Source: Eledone cirrhosa
Taxonomy: Eukaryota
DNA length: 64,000 nt
Assembly: GCA_964016885.1 (NCBI GenBank)
Contig: OZ024746.1
Location: 49,104,001-49,168,000 of the forward strand
Reading direction: 5' to 3'
The notes beneath the pieces were generated by a model. That model ran no database searches and had not been told where the DNA came from. It saw only the letters and a list, made by a program, of their open reading frames with translations. The position numbers and the translations under genes are program-made. Shown here one piece after another: positions 14,214-27,400 of this stretch; within the stretch, counting starts at the first letter, position 1, and each line of letters begins with the position of its first letter.

Positions 14214-15180
14214 TTCTTTTATTTGCCACCAGGGCATCAAAAGTGGGACAAGTACAATGGGGGGAGTTTACAAAACAAGACGTCCTCAATAAGGAGGCAA
14301 TAAAAATATATAAAAATAAAATAAAATATAACAAAAAATAAAATTTATAACAAAGTCCTCAATAGAGAGGAGGCGCCTTGGGGGGTCGCACACACCCCCG
14401 AAAAAAAGTGTGCAACCCTTTTCCTCAGGAGCACAGAGAAGGGGTGCTCCCTTAGTCTTTCATCTTCCTCACCTATAGTCTGATATAGAGTGAAGGCCCA
14501 TTCACACGGGCCATTCTCGCCACTTTCACCCATCTTTCATAAAAACGGCTGGGGTGCAGCACCTCTCTCTCCATCCTGATCCTTCTCCCGAAATGATATC
14601 GGAAGAAACGGACCAGTTGTTGGCCAGAGAGAAAGGTGTCTGACCTCAGTCCTTTCAGACGCGTCCACCATACAACCTCTTTCGCCATGGCACAGAAACA
14701 CCACCTCTTCTTCGTTTTTGAAGAGGGGAGGCGGCTTGATCGTTACAATAGACTCGGTGGTCAACCGGATCGGTCCCACCTTTGACAGCAGTAGTTCGAC
14801 ATAGCCCCACAGATCGGCAATGCTCGAGCAGTGTACCAATGCGTGTGCAACGGTTTCCTCGTCGCACACGCATCTGGGACAGATCTTTTTCGAGGGGTCC
14901 CTACCCGGGCGCCCGTATCTGTAGAGCCTTTCTCGAACAGGCAGAGCCCTTCTGTAGCATTGCCAGGCCAGGGACCTCTGAAAGTTATCCATGGGTCCCG
15001 GGCTGAATGTCCTACCGAACAGGTTGGCCAGTTCGTCTTCCTCCATGCCTAGGGCTTCTCCGAGGGCGTCGTCGCACCTGCTAACCACCAGCCCTCTATA
15101 GAATGACGAGGTGGATTCTCCACTGACAGCCGGGTCCGCCTGCCAGAGAGCCGTGAGCGCCTGGGCACATTCGGTGTGCT
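14214..15180 (-). mobile_element. 5'-truncated Tx1/L1-clade LINE 3' end (ORF2 C-terminus with CCHC zinc knuckle), frameshifted
   Basis: ORFs 14537-15088 and 14473-14688: SLAWQCYRRALPVRERL...CPRC-x5-ETVAHALVHC; highly similar to 62923-63996; bounded by GATA/GGTA repeats. Confidence 0.85.
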
Positions 15181-15412
15181 AGAATAGATAGATGGTTAGG
15201 TAGGTAGGTAGGTATGTAGGTAGGTTAGGTAGGTAGGTAGGTAGGTAGGTAGGTAGGTAGGTAGGTAGGTAGGTAGGTAGGTAGGTAGGTAGGTAGGTAG
15301 ATAGGTAGGTAGGTAGATAGGTAGGTAGAAGATAGGTAGGTAGGTAGACAAACAGATAGACAGACAGATAGATAGATTGATAGATTGATAGATATATATA
15401 GATAGATAGATA

Positions 15413-15521
15413 GATCAGGATGGAGAGAGAGGTGCTGCACCCCAGCCGTTTTTATGAAAGATGGGTGAAAGTGGCGAGAATGGCCCGTATGAATGGGCCT
15501 TCACTCTACATCAGACTATAG
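15413..15521 (+). mobile_element. 109-bp inverted copy of Tx1 ORF2 end (14473-14581)
   Basis: Reverse complement of 14473-14581 with 2 mismatches, embedded in (GATA)n. Confidence 0.9.
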
Positions 15522-15928
15522 ATAGATAGATAGATAGATTTCTTTATTTGCCACAAGGGCGCACAAGAAAAAGGGACAATACAAAAACACATGCCGGGAG
15601 GCAACGCAAAATAAATACACTTGTAAAGTTATCATTAATAGTTTTGATCTAAGTATTTTAAATATACAAACTGACCAGAATGAATATTGCCAAAGTGACC
15701 TGTCATAATTAGTTGAAATTCTGACAGATTGTGTATTGATATATCGAACCCCTTACTGACTTTTTCTTTGTATAATCAATCACCATATTTTTTTCAACTT
15801 TGTATTTTCTCTTTAACTGCATATAATTAACTTTGAAATCTGAGCAAAAAACATAAATTTTGATGTATGCTGTTATTGAATGTTTTTACAGTAATATTAT
15901 CTAACGAATTAAATGTTGCTATTGTTGA

Positions 15929-16189
15929 AGTCGGTAAAGATGATGGTAATTGTGATAATTATAATTATGGCGAAATACCTTAATCTGAACTAGAAATCTA
16001 TTGACAAACTATAATTGTTTCTACTTTAGGCACAAAGCCAGCAATTACCCAGTACATTACTGGTACTGGGTAATTGCTGGCCTTGTGCCTAAAGTAGAAA
16101 CAATTATAGTTTGTCAATAGATTTCTAGTTCAGATTAAGGTATTTCGCCATAATTATAATTATCACAATTACCATCATCTTTACCGACT
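15929..16189. repeat. 127-bp-arm inverted repeat made of host flank plus SINE 3' end
   Basis: 15929-16055 is the reverse complement of 16063-16189 (1 mismatch); loop ATTACTG. Confidence 0.95.
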
Positions 16190-16202
16190 ATTGACAAACT
16201 AT

Positions 16203-16388
16203 AATTGTTTCTACTTTTGGCACAAGGCCAGCAATTACCCAGTACATTACTGGTACTTTATTTTATCGACCCCGTAAGGATGAAAGGCAAAGTTAACCTC
16301 GGCGGGATTTGAACTCAGACCGCAAAGGGACGTAACTATGCTGGAAAGCATGGCGTCCGACTCTCTACCGATACTGCCAATCCACCGA
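16203..16388 (-). mobile_element. Near full-length SINE with 18-bp TSD
   Basis: Same family as 9148-9335; CTATTGACAAACTATAAT at 16188-16205 and 16389-16406. Confidence 0.9.
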
Positions 16389-17883
16389 CTATTGACAAAC
16401 TATAATGATGTTCAGTGATGTGGGTTTTACACAGGAAATCTATATTTTCGATTGATTTTGATATTAATCTTCAAAACTAGAGGTATTTCATTCGGTCAAG
16501 TTAATACATTAGTTTAAATGCTTATGGGATCTGATGCACCACGCAAGATGAGTCACATCTAATACAACAAATATATATATCGCTGTGTATGATTTTATTG
16601 ATTTCATGCTGGAGCTACGTCTTGATGACGATTTAGTCGATCATAGTGTTTATTTTTCAAATATGGCACATATTCCATCAAACATCAGTTTTACGAGACA
16701 TAAACAAACAGTAACCGTAAAAATAGACACACGCATACGATAAAGTAAGAAGGGGGGGGGGGTCAGGAAAGCATTGCTGTTACATGTCCAGACAGCAAAG
16801 GCCTTCCTATAGCGCTGACATGCAGCGTCTGTACAAGACTCTGCCTCAGCAAAGCTGGACTCAAAGGTCATCTTTGCAGTTATAAAGTGAGACCAGTGGT
16901 TGACTACGAGGCTCCTGTAAGAGAGGCTACTCATCATACCTGTCAAGCAGGAGGGCGCAAACGAGATGCAAATGTATATGAAGTCCACATCCGTCTATTG
17001 CCAGTGAATGTTTTTATCACGGTCGCTAACTCTGTGCTTCACATTTTCGATCATTGGCTGGGCTAAAAAGCCACATTCGATCGCAGTACCGTTAATTATT
17101 AATATATCGTAAAATGACCATACTCGATAACGAGGGGCAACCATCATGTAAGTATGTATGTTAATATATATAGGACTCCACTAATTTCCTCAGTATAGAT
17201 TATCGTCTTCAGTATTTATCCAAACTTGTAATTTTGGGCCAATGTTATAAATCATGTTGTTATATTCCGCGGAGAGTATTTTCTACCCGATATGTTTGTT
17301 TGTTTGTTTGTTTGTTTGTATATTAGCAGGAATACAGTCTATACAATGTCATTGCACAAATATAGAAATGATCTAGTATTCACAGAGGAATTGGTTAATA
17401 CTTCTTGACAATGAATTATATAATAAGCAAGGCAAACCAAATCAAAATGGACGGATAAATAAAATAAAATAAATAAATAGAAAGCTCATCAATTTCCTTT
17501 ATATAAAAGATCATTTGATATACAAACAAATATATTTATTTGTGGCCCTGTCATTCATAAACGAAACAAACATAAAATATCTGTCGTTGTTTGTATACGC
17601 TTTTATTGGCTTCATTCTTTAAACAGACGCCATAATAGAACACTGCATTCAAGTGTTTTAGTCGATTATATCAGTTCCATTACATTGTCTGGTACTTGTG
17701 TTTCCGACATCATAAGACGACGCACGTGGACCGTCTGCAAAATGAATGCTATAAAAAATTATTAGATCTTAAGTTAGTCTGCCCTCTACTGTTGCAAAAG
17801 GGATAACATTGTGACGTTGTGGATCTGGATTACGGATATATGTAAGTATGCATGCCTACTTATATATCTATATCTATCTATCG

Positions 17884-17998
<115 letters not shown>

Positions 17999-18304
17999 TA
18001 TAAACGGAGAAAGCTATTAGCGATACTCCGATCAATTTCCAACTCACTCAACAAACATTGGGAAATACCGGAGTATATTTCCAATTACACGTTTGGGGTG
18101 CTAACTATATTGTATTGTGTGGATAATTGGGTGTATTATTTTATATGAGATATATTAAATAACTCATTTCCCAAACGAATCGTTTCATTATAAGATTTCT
18201 ACATGGTGGGTGAAATTATACCAAGTTATGTAGAAGCTTGTGTAAGATCAATGAATTCTTATGCAAGAGGGCTCTTATAAATCTTCAGTTGGTGCCAAAT
18301 AATA

Positions 18305-18368
<64 letters not shown>

Positions 18369-18815
18369 TTTACTTCTCCATAGCTGTACACATATAAATG
18401 TATGTGAATTTCTAATGATATACGATATGTTTATTAAATAAACATTTTGAAAGTCCAGCTATGAATATTGAAAGCCTGACGGCCTTTCAATATTCTCAAC
18501 AGAAGGAACTAGCAGGGGAAAACTGCCTGTGCGCATTTCGAGCTTCTGTTACACATCAGGACAGTGCTTCCTCCGCTCTCTGCTGGAACTTGAAACAGGC
18601 GAAAATATAGTTACTTCGCTTCAGTAGGTGGGCTTATTAGCCTCATTTGCATATAGAGTATTCTCACATGTGTATGTATATATGTATTTATGTTTGTGTG
18701 GCCTTTGGTGCCCTATGTATGTATGTTTGTGTGGCCTTTGCCACCCTATCTCCCCATTGCCATAGGAGTCACCCTAGCTCCATATTTCCATACTGTGTCA
18801 CTGAACTCTCCAACT

Positions 18816-19012
18816 CCATAGTATGCCACCCTAACTCCACAGTTCCATAGTATGCCACCCTAACTCCACAGTTCCATAGTATGCCATCCTAGCTCCACAG
18901 TTCCATAGTGTGCCATCCTAGCTCCACAGTTCCATAGTATGCCATCCTAGCTCCACAGTTCCATAGTGTGCCACCCTAACTCCACAGTTCCATAGTATGC
19001 CATCCTAGCTCC
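18816..19012. repeat. 29-bp minisatellite, ~7 units (degenerate units extend left to ~18740)
   Basis: Unit CCATAGTATGCCAYCCTARCTCCACAGTT. Confidence 0.92.
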
Positions 19013-19179
19013 GAAATGCCGTATTTTTCCACCTTATCTCCCCATTCACATATTTTATCATCCTATGTTCCCAGTGCCTAACTGTCCCTTAATAGAATCT
19101 TAAGACGATGATGATGATGATTTTGATGGTGATGATGTTAATGATGATTTTTAATGATTATGTTGTGGATGATGACGAA

Positions 19180-19210
<31 letters not shown>

Positions 19211-19305
19211 GTGATGACAATGTTCATTCTCCTTTACAACCACATACACTCATTGAGAGCATGGTGTTTAACACCATCCCCCTTCCTCCCTTTTATACAC
19301 ACATA

Positions 19306-19365
<60 letters not shown>

Positions 19366-19379
19366 CTCATACAGAGCTT

Positions 19380-19531
19380 TGTGCAAAAGTCTCGCCGTAG
19401 AATTTTCACCATTCCCCTTCCTTCGTTTTAACTCAGACTTCTCACGAGCAGACTGACACACGGACGGACATGATTCGACTTTTATGTATATAGACTAGCA
19501 GAAAACCACCTGGTGGGCGATTTTCTGCTAG
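19380..19531 (-). mobile_element. Helitron-like termini (5' TCTATATACATAAAAG on minus at 19494, abutting CTAG and a hairpin)
   Basis: Minus strand ...TTTTCTGCTAG|TCTATATACATAAAAGTCGAATCATGTCCGTCCGTGTGTC; inverted CTAGCAGAAAA/TTTTCTGCTAG at 19495-19531. Confidence 0.5.
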
Positions 19532-20042
19532 CAAATCTAGTGTATATACTGATATTGTTGAGATTTGGATGAGAAATGTTTTCGGCACCACATGTTCACT
19601 CGGTGTGTCTCTCGGTGTGTCTTTTATGCATGTATAAATATATATATTATCTATACGGTGAAATCTTTGAAATAAATATATGTTAAAACGAAAAAGGAGA
19701 AAAAGAGATTAGTGACGGAAATATAAACGTTATGATACATAAACGTTATGATATAACGATGGAAATATATCTTCAAATGGTCCTTGGTATGGTGTCAAGT
19801 CAGAACCGCCTCGAACTGGTTACTTCTGGCTTGTGCAAGGTGTCTCTATAGCAACCAGCGATTCCCTCGGCCTCAGTGACCAAAGTCAGTGGAGAGGGGA
19901 AGGTAATGTTTCTATAGCGACAGTGTTTCTCTTGGTAGTACCAAAGTGGAGAAAGGAAGGGGAAGGTAATATTTCTGTAGCACCTACATTTGAGTTTGGA
20001 CAGACAGACAGACAGACAAACAGAGAAATGCCCATATATTTC

Positions 20043-20087
<45 letters not shown>

Positions 20088-20280
20088 TTCTGTGTGTGTA
20101 ATATATATATTATATATATATATATATATTACACACACAGAAATGTATATATATTTCTTAGATCAAAATTATTATTAATGTTTTGCTGTTCATAACAATT
20201 GGAATTGAAAAATTACTTTTGAAATTATTAGTTATTTTACTAATGCTTAGATATGTAAAAATGAAGCAATGTTTCTAATA

Positions 20281-20469
20281 ATTGTTTCTACTTTTGGCAC
20301 AAGGCCAGCAATTACCCAGTACATTACTGGTACTTTATTTTATCGACCCCGTGAGGATGAAAGGCAAAGTTAACCTCGGCGGTATTTGAACTCAGACCGT
20401 AAAGGGACGTAACTCCATGCTATGAAGCATGGTGTCCGACTCTCTACAGATTCTGCCAATCCACCGCCC
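20281..20469 (-). mobile_element. Full-length SINE
   Basis: Aligns end to end with 9148-9335. Confidence 0.9.
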
Positions 20470-21254
20470 TAATGTCTGTACGTAATGAGGGAGTGAGAGG
20501 GGAGAGAAAGAAAGGCAGAGGTGAAGTGACGAAGTGACTCTCTCCTCCTCCTCCATCTCCCCATTCGTCACAGCGATAGAGGGGAGGAATGTTAGTGTGT
20601 TACAAAGAGAAAGAGTGAGAGTGAGAGAAACAGACAGACTAAAAGAGAGGGATAGCTGGAGAGAGAGAGAGATAGCAACCACGCGCACAAGTGTTTCCAC
20701 TGTCGGACAGACAGACAGAGAAATTGCTGGTTAAATATTATAAGGAGATGACATATCCCCGCTTTCAATTACGCCATGTTATTGGGTGTTTTTGGTAGAT
20801 ATTGCCTGTCATATAATTCTGTGGGACTGGCTCTACTTACTGCCTCAGTTGTGTTATTTTTTGCAGTCTTGATTTCATCCCTGATTTTTGTGAAATATTC
20901 TGGAAGAAATTCATTTTCATGTTCGTCTCCTTGTAGCTTAATTCCGTGTACATTTGTTCGGGCTAGTTATTGTTGGTCTGCATTGGTTTGCCCTTGATTT
21001 TTATTATATTTTAGTCAACTACTTCAGGAAAAGACTTATGGAGTCCAATAATTATATTGTCTTAGGTAATGGGGCTGTTTCTTGTAGTGTTCTCAACATT
21101 TAATTTTATTTCATGCAATTCTGGTCAGGTAATCAGCTATTTCGTGTGATACCTTTGCGGACAATACATCTTAATTGCATCTGTATATGTATGTGAATGC
21201 GCGTGCTTGCTTGTGAATAAATTACTCTATTATTCCCTATATGTGTATATATAC

Positions 21255-21341
<87 letters not shown>

Positions 21342-22707
21342 TGTGTGCGTGTGTGTGCGTGTGCGTGTGCGTGCATGTGCGTGCGTGTCTGTCTGTGTGT
21401 ACATATATAGATGAATATCTGAAGAAACATTGAAAACATTTGAAATTTAGATTAATACTGTAAGTCTTGCAGCTAGCATTCATTTTCATCTGAAGTAAAT
21501 TATCTATATTTAATGCATTGTCTACATTATTTACTGGCCTCCCCTTCCAACTTTCTACGGGAGGTATGTTTGTATGTATGTATATACATGAAATATGTCG
21601 CTTTTATTAAGAATAGACACAGACATAATTGTGTGTGTGAGTATGTGTATTTGTATGTATGTGTGTGTATGTGTCCGTGTGTGTGTATCTGTCTGTGTAT
21701 ATATGTGTGTGTGTTATTCCCAAATACGGTTTAATTCCTTCTCACAAAAACATTTTCGAGTGGTCAGCAGTTCTTAAAAAATATGGTCATTGTAAAGTGT
21801 TTGGAAATTGCCGACAAAATTAATCTATATTGAATGTACTCTTTATTTTCAAATGTTTGGTTTTCTGTAGACTCGTTTCGATTTTACCATTCTCATGATT
21901 ACAGCCTTGGGAATTATTCGTATAATGGAAAACTAAATTTCCATCAATAGCGTTATATTAAAAATTATGCTATTCATAGTCAAAATTGTGTGTTGAAGGA
22001 AAAAAGATAAGGTGAAAGGTGTTATATTAGAGTGAATAATGTTACGAATTGCATTATATTATCATGCCCTAAATGACTCAGCTGTATAAACAGAGATGTC
22101 GTTAATCCTAATCTAAACAAGCTAGAAAAAAGTTGCAACAAAAAAAAGCAAAAAGAAAAAATACGGAAAGAGTCTAGAATTTGAAATTTCTTATCTGTTA
22201 CCCCTACCTTTAGGATAGAAAACTATTTTATTCTTCGTAACTTCATTTCTTTTAACTCTTCATCTCACAGTTCATGTCACTTCTATAACTGCAGAGAAAT
22301 TCCAGTATAAATAAAATTATATAAAATGTAACATACTTTTGTTAAAGATACTATTTGTCATTCTAAAAGTAACCGCTACAATTGTACTGAAAAAATATGG
22401 GGAATCATAAATTTGTCTACAGAAGCACCTTTTAGATTAATTATATATTTATTTTCAATCTGCACAACAAAAAATATTTTTATATTTTAACGTCTTGATA
22501 CACACATATCCCACCTTTATGAAAGTGTTCCACAGTCTATCATAACATGAACAAAAAGCTGAACTTGACTTTCTTATGCATATTTCAATTTCCTTGTCTA
22601 ACTTTCCATCACTAGTTACAGTTGGCCCAAGGTATGTAACATTACTGACTGTTTTCAGAATTATTGAAATTTATCCAGGAATATTTCGTAAATTCAAGAA
22701 ATAGTAA

Positions 22708-23030
22708 TCTATATATATAAAACAGAGGATGTCTGTGTGTCTGTTTCCCTAAAACTCGAGAAGTACCCAACCGATTTTTTTCAAACTTTATACATGTAAC
22801 TCGTATGACCCCGGAAGTGTTTTGATCAAAAAATGTTCAATGCCCTAGGGACCGCATTAGGCGATTTAGCGATCTCTTTCTCTTTCTCTTAGTCTTTCTC
22901 TTTTCAGATAGTACATAGATATGACGTCGCACCTTCATAATATCTGTCTGTATGCCTGACTGTCTGCATTACGTCATTATGACGCGATCAGTGTGTGTGT
23001 ATATATATTCTTATGCCAGGAAACGTCTTC
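22708..23030 (+). mobile_element. Helitron-like 5' end (3' end not located; right boundary approximate)
   Basis: A|TCTATATATATAAAACAGAGGATGTCTGTGTGTCTGT...CAACCGATTTTTTTCAAACTTT, a typical start for non-autonomous animal Helitrons. Confidence 0.5.
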
Positions 23031-24449
23031 ACTAACCAAAGTATCGTCTTCCTGTTTTCCAGATTGATTTTTTTAGTTTAAGAAGATCCCGTTAAGGTTG
23101 AAAGCAGCGATTCTTTGATTAAACATTAATATGTTATTTTAATATAGATATTCGTGTGCAGATATTTTTGCATACACAAAAACAAAATATAAACAAACAA
23201 GGCCAAAGATTACAACAATTAGTCTTAGTGTATGTACTTCATACTGCTTTTAGGTAGAATATCCCGTTAAGGGTGAAAGCAGTGATTCTTTGCTTGAACT
23301 TTAGTCTGTTATTTTAATATATATATATATATATAATTATATATTTATGGACAGATTGTTTGCATACACAATAACAAAATATAAACAAACCACGAGGTGG
23401 TAGAAGGTCATGAAATCGCTCCCGTAAGTTTTTGATTTTTAACATATTTAAATCAATTGTGAAATAACAATTCTTAGTACAAATGATGCATAAAGCACCG
23501 AATCAAGTCTCATAAAATTTCGGATCCATAATATATTGTTACATCGCTCAAATATTCAATTTTGTATTATATATTTTATATTCAAAAAAGAAAATGGTTA
23601 ATAATGGAAGAAAACCGCCTATGTCTACACTATATAGAACAGCCAAATAACAGCAATTTCACCAACACCAGAAACTTGATACACCACCTACCCCATCACC
23701 CCGCTGAGTACACTAAAGATAACAGCCAGATAACGGCAATTTCACCACCACCACCACCAGTCCCAGCATCATAATAATAATTACTATTATTATTGTCTCA
23801 AGTTTTAACAAAATGTTTAATTCCAATATTAAGGGAATATGTCAACACAATATATATTAAACATACGCGACACAAACGCATAGATACTACAGATCAAACA
23901 AAACTAGTCTATTCAACACATATATTAAACATATGCGACACAAACGCATAGATACTACATATCAAAAAACTAGTCCATTCAACAAAACTCAGTAACGACA
24001 ACGCCACCGCCGCCACCACTCCATCCATCATTGCTACCACTATCTCATCACCGCCGCCACCACTCCTTCATTGCTACCACCACTATTCCCTTGTTAACTT
24101 AAGAAATGGGAAGGTGGCGGTATCACTAGACAAGGGAGAGGCTAGCAAAAGATATAAATAGATTGACTTAGTGACTCGGCCACCGGCCAAACGTCAACAA
24201 CTATGGCACTGTTGGCTCCCCCTTCCTCACCAACAATATAAAAAGCCCCAGCACCACCACCGACATAGCCAACAACAATAACAGGCAACTTCAGCAAAAA
24301 GTATATTATATTATTGTAATGCACTGGGTGAGTGCTGGCCTTGAGCCTGGAGTGGAGACAATTATTAATAATTTCATTCTTAAGCCACGCAATGCTCACA
24401 TTAAGGAACCACTCATGATAATAACAATTTTAAAAAACAACAAAAAAGA

Positions 24450-27400
24450 AAACCCCGTGACCAAGAAATACCGGGATGGCGGCCGGCGGGGAATAGCCGT
24501 GTCTCTAGGGGAGAACGGCCCCTCTAGTCTTGGTTGACACTCGTTCTAGAAGTGGTAACACGAAATGATTACCCCTTGGCGGATAAGGATAAAACGCGAC
24601 AAAATAAAGTAAATGTCTAATGATAAAATCTCATACCGGATCGGCCGTCACCCGGGTAAAAAAGGGCCGCGTCCCTCAGAGAGGAACCAGATTGGGGTCG
24701 AAAAATCAGCTAATGGTTCAAACCTTCCCATTAATTCGGAGCTGGAGACCTCCCATAACCGGAATACTCCTACTGTTGGCCCTCCATGCTCACCACCAAG
24801 AAATCCAAAGAAAAAGAGAGAAAAATGGTCAAGGGAAGATAATAAAGAAGTCCTTGAGGCTTTCTACACTGCCATGTACAACCCATCAAATACATCGAAT
24901 ACAGAACAGACATATATCAACTGGAAAAAGAAACATCCCGAAAACAGAGGCTATGTTGACAGTAACAAACTAGCCAATATACGAAGAAATATTGTAAAAA
25001 AAAAAGATACTAACTGATATAGAAATTGATCAGATCAAGCTATTAGCACAAAGTCAGCGAAGGGAAAATGAAACATGTGTCAGTGAAAACGAGGTAAATT
25101 GTAACACTTCGAATCCCAGGGTTGGGGCGGAATCACTAGCAACAGAACAAATTAAAGAAAGAATCGAAAAAGTGGAGGGAGTGCATGCTCAAGATGAAAC
25201 TCCAAATGAAAATAATGAGATCGTAAATGATAAAGAAATGAATGAGAATGAACTTGCCAACTTGAAGGATGAAATTATGATCGAATGGATGAAAATGAAA
25301 GAATCTGACATGGGGCAACGAGACACCCTCCCTAAGATCCAGAACTCCAAACAGAACCAAAAGATAATACACAAGACTAACATAATTCTCAAAAACATTA
25401 TCATCACAAACAAACTAAACATTACTGATTTAAATCATCTCTATTATGCATCGGCTAAAGTCACCACTCACTTATGTGGAGTGAAGATGAAAAAACAAAG
25501 GAATTCCCACAAGAAATCTACTTGGCAAGAGAACATCAATCGCCAAATAAACCTTCTCCGATCTGACATAGAAATGTTAACAAACTATAATGTAGGTGAA
25601 CATGTTAAACAAACTAAACTTAGAAAATTGAAAAGAAAGTGTAGCATAAAATCAACAAGTGACATAGACATGCTGATAGAAATAATCAAGCAAAAAGTGT
25701 CGGCCAAAGCTGCTCGTATAAGGCGCTTTGAAAAACGATCTAGATTCTATAAGGACAATAATATGTTCAAAAACAACCAACGAAACTTCTACAGAAAAAT
25801 TGGTAAGTCAACAATAACTGCTAAATCAATACCACCCAAGGAGGAAGTGCAAGAACTGTGGGAAAAGATCTGGACCGAAGAAAAAGTTCAAAAACATGCA
25901 TGCCCCATGAATAGACAGACAAATGAAAGATACAGCTAGCTCACTTTGAGGAACAAATATGGGAAAATATAACAGTTGAACAGTTGCGCTTGGCTCTAAG
26001 AAAAACCAGCAAATGGAAATCCCGAGGAAAAGACAAAATACAAAATGTTTGGATAAATGCCTTCACAGAGTCTCATGAGCTGTTAGCCCAACTTTACAAT
26101 GAAATAGTTAAGGAGCCAGAAAAGATACCATCATGGCTAGTTAACGGCATTACATTCCTGCTTCCGAAGAATGATGAGACAAACAATCCCCAAAATTACA
26201 GACCGATAACTTGCTTGACCACAATGTATAAAATTTTAACATCAGTCCTAACTGAATACACATATGACCACCTGATAACAAATGACCTATTTCCCATTGA
26301 GCAGAAAGGGTGTAAACGAGGCTCATATGGCTGTAAGGATCAGCTTTTGGTTAACAAAATGATCCTGGAAGATTGTCATAATAGACACAAAAATCTATCG
26401 ATTGCTTGGATAGATTATAAAAAAGCATTCGATAGTTTGCCACACAGTTGGATTGAAAAATGTTTAGAGATTTTCAAAATATCCCCCGTTGTCAGGAGGT
26501 TTTTATCATTCAGTATGAAGACATGGAAAACGACACTCCTTTTGAATAGTGAAACAAAATCACTGGAAGCTGGAGAAGTTAATATTAATTGTGGAATTTT
26601 TCAGGGTGACTCTTTATCACCGCTTTTATTCAGGATCGCACTTATACCATTAAGTAAAATGCTCAATGAAACAAAACATGGATATAAAGTCTATGACAAA
26701 ACCATTAATCACTTGTTCTACATGGATGACCTGAAACTATTTGCAAAAAATGATGAACAATTGCAAGGGCTATTATCCACTGTGGAGCAGTTCAGTGATG
26801 ACATTAAAATGGAGTTTGGACTAGATAAATGCGCCAAAGCAACGTTCACCAGAGGAAAGCTGCTGAAGAGTTCAGACATTAATCTTGATCGGGGGAACGT
26901 GATAAGAGAACTTGATCATGAAAAAACTTACAAATATCTAGGTGTTTGTGAAGGAGACGGAATCAAGCACTCGACAATGAGGGAAAGGATAAGGAAGGAA
27001 TGTTACCGCAGAGTAAGAGCAATCTTAAGAACGGAATTGAATGCAAGGAATAGGATCGATGCCATAAACACGCTTGCCATACCAGTAGTAACCTACAGTT
27101 ACAATGTCATCAACTGGTCAAGCACAGAGATCCGTAGGCTCGATACAAAAATTCGAAAATTCTTAACCATGCACAGAATGCATCACCCTAAGGCAGATAC
27201 AGATAGAATATATCTCCCTAGGAAAGAAGGAGGACGTGGGTTAATCCAGTTAGACATTGCGTTGAAAACTGCAACAATTGGATTATCTACATATCTAAGG
27301 GAATCACATGATTGGATGATCAAACTCGTTTTGAAACACGAAAGCATCAAAAGATCATATTCCATTACAAAAGATGCACAAAGATACAGTAATGGACTAC

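Noticed and set aside
16650-16988. 112-aa ORF in non-repetitive sequence
   Set aside because: No recognisable domain, splice context or second copy.
18816-19012. 29-bp repeats as a possible CRISPR array
   Set aside because: Head-to-tail with no unique spacers; eukaryotic context; no cas genes.
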